In this document: piece by piece, positions 58,624-64,000 of the stretch
How the letters are laid out: the number at the start of each line of letters is the position of its first letter
Numbering within the stretch: position 1 is the stretch's first letter
The notes under the pieces: generated by a model
What the model was told of the DNA's origin: nothing
The model's input: only the letters and a program-made list of their open reading frames with translations
The model's database searches: none
NCBI GenBank assembly: GCA_017499595.2
Contig: CM039006.1
Coordinates: forward strand, 1,550,001 to 1,614,000
Reading direction: 5' to 3'
Length of the DNA: 64,000 bases
From: Psilocybe cubensis
Taxonomy: Eukaryota
Made by a program: the position numbers and the translations under genes

Positions 58624-61600
58624 GGCTGAACAGATAGCCTGTGGGGTGCTTGTTTCGAAAACACGCCCCGCTATTATAGGAATTAGTACATCTCGGTGAG
58701 ATCGGCGCCTAGAATAACATCCCACGCCAGAAACTAGAGCTCTTTGTCGTGCATAAATCAATAGACAGATGTAGCTACATGTGGATTCAATTTGACGTTC
58801 ATCCAAACAGGTTATTCCTGTAATATGTCGGAGGTCCCCAAGAACGGACATTGCTGCATTTGGTTGAAGTCACGGCTAGCAACAACAGGTACATGCATCC
58901 TGACGGCGTATTAAACACCATAGAAGGTGGAAAGGGAGAATTGAATTTTCCATACGGTTGATTTTTTGGGGGTTACTTCCTTTTCCTGGAACCAATGTAT
59001 CCTGAGAAGAAAGCTAAGATTCGTCGAGTTCGCGACAAATTCGCAGTCGAAGGACGGCACAAATTCCCATATCCAGTGATGACATCTTTCTAGATCATTT
59101 TTCATTGTGGATGTCAAGGTAAAAATTCGGAACGCGTGCAGCGTTTAATTAGAAGACAGGATCCTGGGAGCAGCCCGAGCAAACGTGTAATTCTGACTGC
59201 ACACACCTGAAAATTCCGTCAATAACCATACACCCAACCTTTTGTCGCATACTGGACCCTGGGGCACAGGAAAAGATGAATGTGAGTGTCTGTAATGTTA
59301 GTAATGCGTCAATTGGTCCGTTCTTAATTTATCCATTTCGGTAGCCCACCTTAGTCACTCTTTTAATGTCCCTACTCGACGTCGTGCATATCTAGTGATG
59401 CGCTCGCTCTGTGCCCTGAGCCTACGAAAGAGCTAGTGTGAAACCTGATACATTACTTATCTCCAGGCCCAACCTTAGAAACCATAGCCCAAAAAACACG
59501 TTCGTTCATTTCCAAAGGTTTTGCGTCAACGAAAGGCAAAAAAATTCACTGATATCCTATTGGGTTTGTGGAGGCCAACGCAATCGGACAGGACATTGAC
59601 TTCGACATCGCCAGAAAATGCCGTCATCCATTACCTGAGAGGCTGTGTGGACTTTCACGATTGTCTTCCTGGATGTCCTACATATTACTCATATGTCAGC
59701 GGGAGAAGCGCCTCGGAGGGCCAACGAGGCAGGCAAAAGAGATAAAACAGCAAAAAACGTCGAGCTGCTTTACTCACCGCTCCGCTCCAAGTCCGCACGC
59801 TTCAAAAAGTCTGATTTTAATTCTGCGTAACAGAAAATATTCCTGAACACTTTCTTTTTTTGATCATGATATGCCCAACCTCCGTCGGCCATCAGCCCGT
59901 CAGCGGCTGCGCCGGAGCAGAAAAGAAAGAAAGAAAGAAAACACAGAAATTGTAAGTAACAGAAAAGCGATATTTGAAAATGAAGCGGCGATCGTCCAGA
60001 CCTTACGGATAGACCCATGCTTTCATCAATGGGTCGAAAATGCTCAAGATTCATCAAGGAGGCCAGGCCGAGGCACAAGTTCCGGACATATGTTAGAGTG
60101 AGCGGTCGTTCGAAGTCTTCTCTGACGTGGTCAATGAGAGATAGGATTGGGTTCATGGGGATGGATTGTTTGAAAGGCCTGCAGCGGAATGTGTGTCATG
60201 GCTTGGGCGAACCAATCCGCGTGTTTCGATGCCCAACTAGTCTCCAACTTTGGCTGGATATGGATAACGAGACCACCAGGGACCAAGCTCGCCGCTCGGG
60301 TAGCCTGAGACGGCCAAGTGGCCAAGTCGTCACATGAAAAGGAAAAGCTAAACTTAAAAGCTTAAAACTGTGATGCTGAGGAAACTGGGGTATAACAATG
60401 TCATGATGAATCGCCAAAAACGACATTTTCGCCTTGTGAAGCAAGAACAAGAAAAGGACAAAACACGAGAATTGTTTTAACTCGCCTGAAAAGAAATAGC
60501 CAAAGGTAAAGAAAGAGCAAGCACAACACATGCATCGTCTGACGACTTCCTGAACTCAAAAGCCGTTGAATCAGACACGTACAAGGACTCAGAACACCCA
60601 AAAAAACACATACCTGCCACGATTGCTTCACTGAATGCCACAGGAACTCTGATTGAATTAAAGAAAGCACTCTAGACCCCAGAACGAGCGGAGCCGACGA
60701 CCGATTGGGTGCTGCACTGATAGTCATGATCACGATCATGAGCACTGTGGTTAAAAACACGCACCGGGCATCATTATTCACGAAAAGCGTGGCGTAACAA
60801 GCTGATCAGCAACCAATCAGAGTGAACAGAGATTATGCAAAAAGAAAAAAAGGGTAATGCCCTCATGAATGGCCTCGTTATCGAGCCGTTATCATCAGGG
60901 AAGAAACTCTTTCTTTCTTTCAAGATGCTGCTCCTGGAAAACTTTTGACTTTCAGACTAATTGCTATCTTCTACGGTGGACTTTATTTGACTCAGTTTTC
61001 GAACTATATCATTTTACCATTATGATTGTAAACGATACACCGCGCTGCTCAGGCGGGGGGTTCGTTGTACGTACGATCAACAAAAATATCACAGACCAGG
61101 TACAACAGAAGGGCGGAGCAATCATAGGACTAGGCTAGGACAGGGTAAGGGTAAAGACAGTGTGTAGCGTGCATGTAAGCGTGGCTATATAGTATGTGTG
61201 AAGAAACCGTATCGGTGGAAGGGGTGATGGGGGTTTGTAGTGGTAGCGTAATTGACACAAGATCTGGAGGAGTGAGACTACAGAAAACACTGACAACAAT
61301 GGCGACAATGATGGGAAACCGAAAGAGCCGGAGATGAAACCAAGGGGGATGAGAGTGGGAAGGGAAAAGAGATAAAAGTCGGGAGAGAAGGGAAGAAAAG
61401 GGGGATGAGAGGGGATGGGTAAAAAATCGTGACGTCAGGCTACAAGGCAGTTGGTAAAAACAAAGCAACGTCCCGAAAGATGATGAACGAAGAAAGATAA
61501 ACGGAATAAAATGGTGTAGCTGGGTGGCTGAAGTGGATGAAAGGATGGCGTAAGGTACATTTATACAGCCATAGAAAAGGTAATAGGAGGGAAGGCGTAA

Positions 61601-62481
61601 AAAGATCACAAAAGAGGAAGGCTGTAACATATAAATGAGGTGAAAAAGAACGAAGAAAAAGGTAAAACCAAAAAAAAAGACAGAAGAATGACAGGAGAAA
61701 ATGGCTAGGAATACACTGTATGCGTTTTTATGTACTAAAAGAGTCATTTGAACGAAGTTGGGTGTTGGTGTTGGTGTTTGCATTGGTATTGATTGCGTTT
61801 GAGGATGACTTGATTGGAATTATATGAGGGCGACCAGATGATTGAGGATGGGATTGTATGACGACTTCCAAGCTGAGACGTTGTGGAATGGGAGGCCGAG
61901 GTTGTTGGGATAGATGATAAAAAAGCAGCAAAAACCAGTGATCGTAATCAGGTGTCCAAAATACTTAATGTATTTCACGTTTCGTTGGGTTTGTCGTCGT
62001 AGGCAGTAAGAGACCAAAAAAAGAGACTGATTCCCGTCATAAATCAAGATAAAGAAAATGAGGAGGTTGGATGGAGGCAAGCAGAGGCAAGGGTTCGTGT
62101 AGTGATTCATGGAAGGGTATTCCAAGAGAAAGAACCTAGGATGATTGAGATGCGTGAAGGCGATCAAGGTTTGAGAGGTTGTGTCGGCGTTGACGTCGGT
62201 GGATGGGTGATTAGGGGTTCGACGATCTTGATTGGATATTTGACAGATGTGGCTGGCAGATATTGAACTAATAACAGTGCCGGTGTGTGATAAACAAGTA
62301 AAGAAAATTAAATTAACCATTTGATGGATGCTGGATGGATGGGTGGATAGTCTGAGACTAATCGGTTGATTAAGTCTGGTGCGTATTTTCGCTCAATGAC
62401 GACGGATGAACTGGAAAGGAGGACGAAAAGCGGGCAATGTGATTGAGGGCAATTAACTATGCCGTGACCGTGCTCGAGTTC

Positions 62482-64000
62482 CTAAACACGACGTGCCATA
62501 TACTCTTGCCAGAGAGTGTCAACAAACGATTTGTCAGTCTAGGCAAAAAAGGACAAATTGTCAGCAAACAAAAAAAGTTGACGAAGAGAAAGAAAAATTC
62601 ACGTGTATGAGAGTCAACACTTCCTTCACAAATTCGTTCCTTTCCATCTTCCCAATAGGATTCGGCTGCGCTTCCACGGCCGCAAGCAGACTCCCGCTCA
62701 CGGCCTCTGCATCCACTTGGGTTGCATGTCCGTTTGCTTTCGCACGTCCATTAGGCACGGCCTTGCCTTTGCCCTTGTTGGGCGAAGCAATGTTGCTATT
62801 ATAGCCATGGCCATTCGCGTGTCCCAGCAACACATTGGCGTTCATCGTAGGCGTCTTCATCTCCGGTATACTCTGTTGGTGCTGCGAGTAGTTCTGGTTC
62901 TCAGGCGACGGGCACGGAGATGGCGAGGCAGGTGGGAGGTTCATGAGATCCTGATGAGATATCGCCCTATTCGTAGCAGGCGACGGCATAGGCAAGTCCC
63001 AACTCCTCTCTAACTCCTCCTTAGCCTTGGCGTCTCTCTGCTCCTTCCTGCTTTTCTTTGACTTGCGTCCCTTTGGACTCTCGTCCACACCACCGTAGCC
63101 CGCGTGCCCGTTCTGATACGTAGCAGTGCCGTGCCCGTTGGCTTGCCCTCGCAGACTGACCGCGCTCCTCCTATTCTTCAACACCTTGTCGAATGCAGCC
63201 GGATCGCTCAGCACACTCGTCTCCTCAAAGCTCAGCTCAACAATCTCTCCATCTTCTCCAGCTTCCGAGGCAGACGACTCTTCGACTGGAGCACGCGAAT
63301 ACGGCCATAGTTCTGAATCAGGCTCAAAAGGCACGAGAGTCCTGTTTGCTCTTGGCTTCCCATCAGAACCACCAGTCTCAGGAGTGCTCTGCGCTACTGC
63401 CGAGTCTGCGCGCACAGTCGATATCGAGGACGCGGTCTCGATAGCTGAGGGGAACTGTGGGCGCTGAAGGGCATTGTTGAATGGGCCGCGGGGAGTGACG
63501 TCACCGTTGATTTTCCCGTGCTGGCCTAATCGAGGTGGTGCGAGTCCGAGTGTCTGGAGCAACTCCTGTCCGCCAAGTCCTCTGCGCTGGTTCATTTCTG
63601 GCGTCTCATCCATTAGTCCTCCGGGAGATTCGCTCTCTCCATCGTCTTCGTTGTCGCCTTCGCGAGAGCTGGGGTGTGAGACAGCCGATGCCGAGGTGCT
63701 AAAGGAGGACGCAGCGGATGCCGTTCGGGTGGGCGGCAACCCAAGAAGGTTTGACAAGACATCCTGTGTGAGTACTTGAGGGGCTGAGGTTGATGGCTGA
63801 GGAGCGTATATCGCTGGCTGCTGCTGTTGTTGCTGTGATCCAGCAGAAGCAAAGATAGTATTAAGCAGCGATTTTCCGGTGTTCGAGGTTGCGTAAGGAG
63901 AAGATCCTCCCGAGGATGGACTGGAAGCTGAAGCGAATAAGGTATTGAGACTGATATTCGTGGATTGTTGTTCGTAGGGTTGTTGGTGTATATGCGAGGG
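62482..64000 (-). CDS. DCP1: mRNA decapping activator Dcp1-like protein, 3' part (runs off window)
   Basis: Long low-complexity ORF open to the window edge. The spliced C-terminus MERNEFVKEVLTLIH|TDKSFVDTLWQEYMARRV* resembles the Dcp1 C-terminal trimerisation domain. The EVH1 domain would lie outside the window, so the call is indirect. Confidence 0.65.

Noticed and set aside
61761-61778. (GGTGTT)3 repeat
   Set aside because: Trivial microsatellite; not telomeric TTAGGG.
61130-61783. 217-aa hydrophobic ORF (and 61820-62320)
   Set aside because: Phe/Leu/Ser richness follows from the pyrimidine-rich strand; non-ATG start for the first; no family motifs. Likely spurious.
1-64000. tRNA/rRNA/snoRNA genes
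   Set aside because: No convincing cloverleaf or rRNA motif seen by eye; tRNAscan-SE/Infernal would be needed to exclude them.

Overview
Intron-rich fungal genomic DNA (short GT-AG introns; gene content typical of a wood/litter-decaying agaricomycete). Housekeeping genes: PRP3, mitochondrial uL16m/MRPL16, ORC2, a CorA-family Mg2+ transporter, an MFS transporter and the 3' part of a DCP1-like gene. They are interspersed with lineage-expanded multi-pass membrane genes (DUF6533/6534/6535-like, plus one pseudogene) and a lignocellulose cluster (CBM1-GH5_5 endoglucanase, laccase, small secreted protein, second CBM1-GH5_5). The laccase is interrupted by an intact 5,500-bp Ty1/copia element (300-bp LTRs that read identical, GGGTC TSD). 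The most intriguing item is a divergently transcribed pair of uncharacterised, motif-rich genes (11528-14440 minus, 14824-17082 plus). They are fragmented in the ORF track and had to be rebuilt from their exons. One is knocked out by a 1,288-bp non-autonomous TIR transposon. The block PRP3+pair is bounded by an inverted, decayed copy of the PRP3 5' end, which looks like an inversion scar. Family names come from motif recognition, not from searches.
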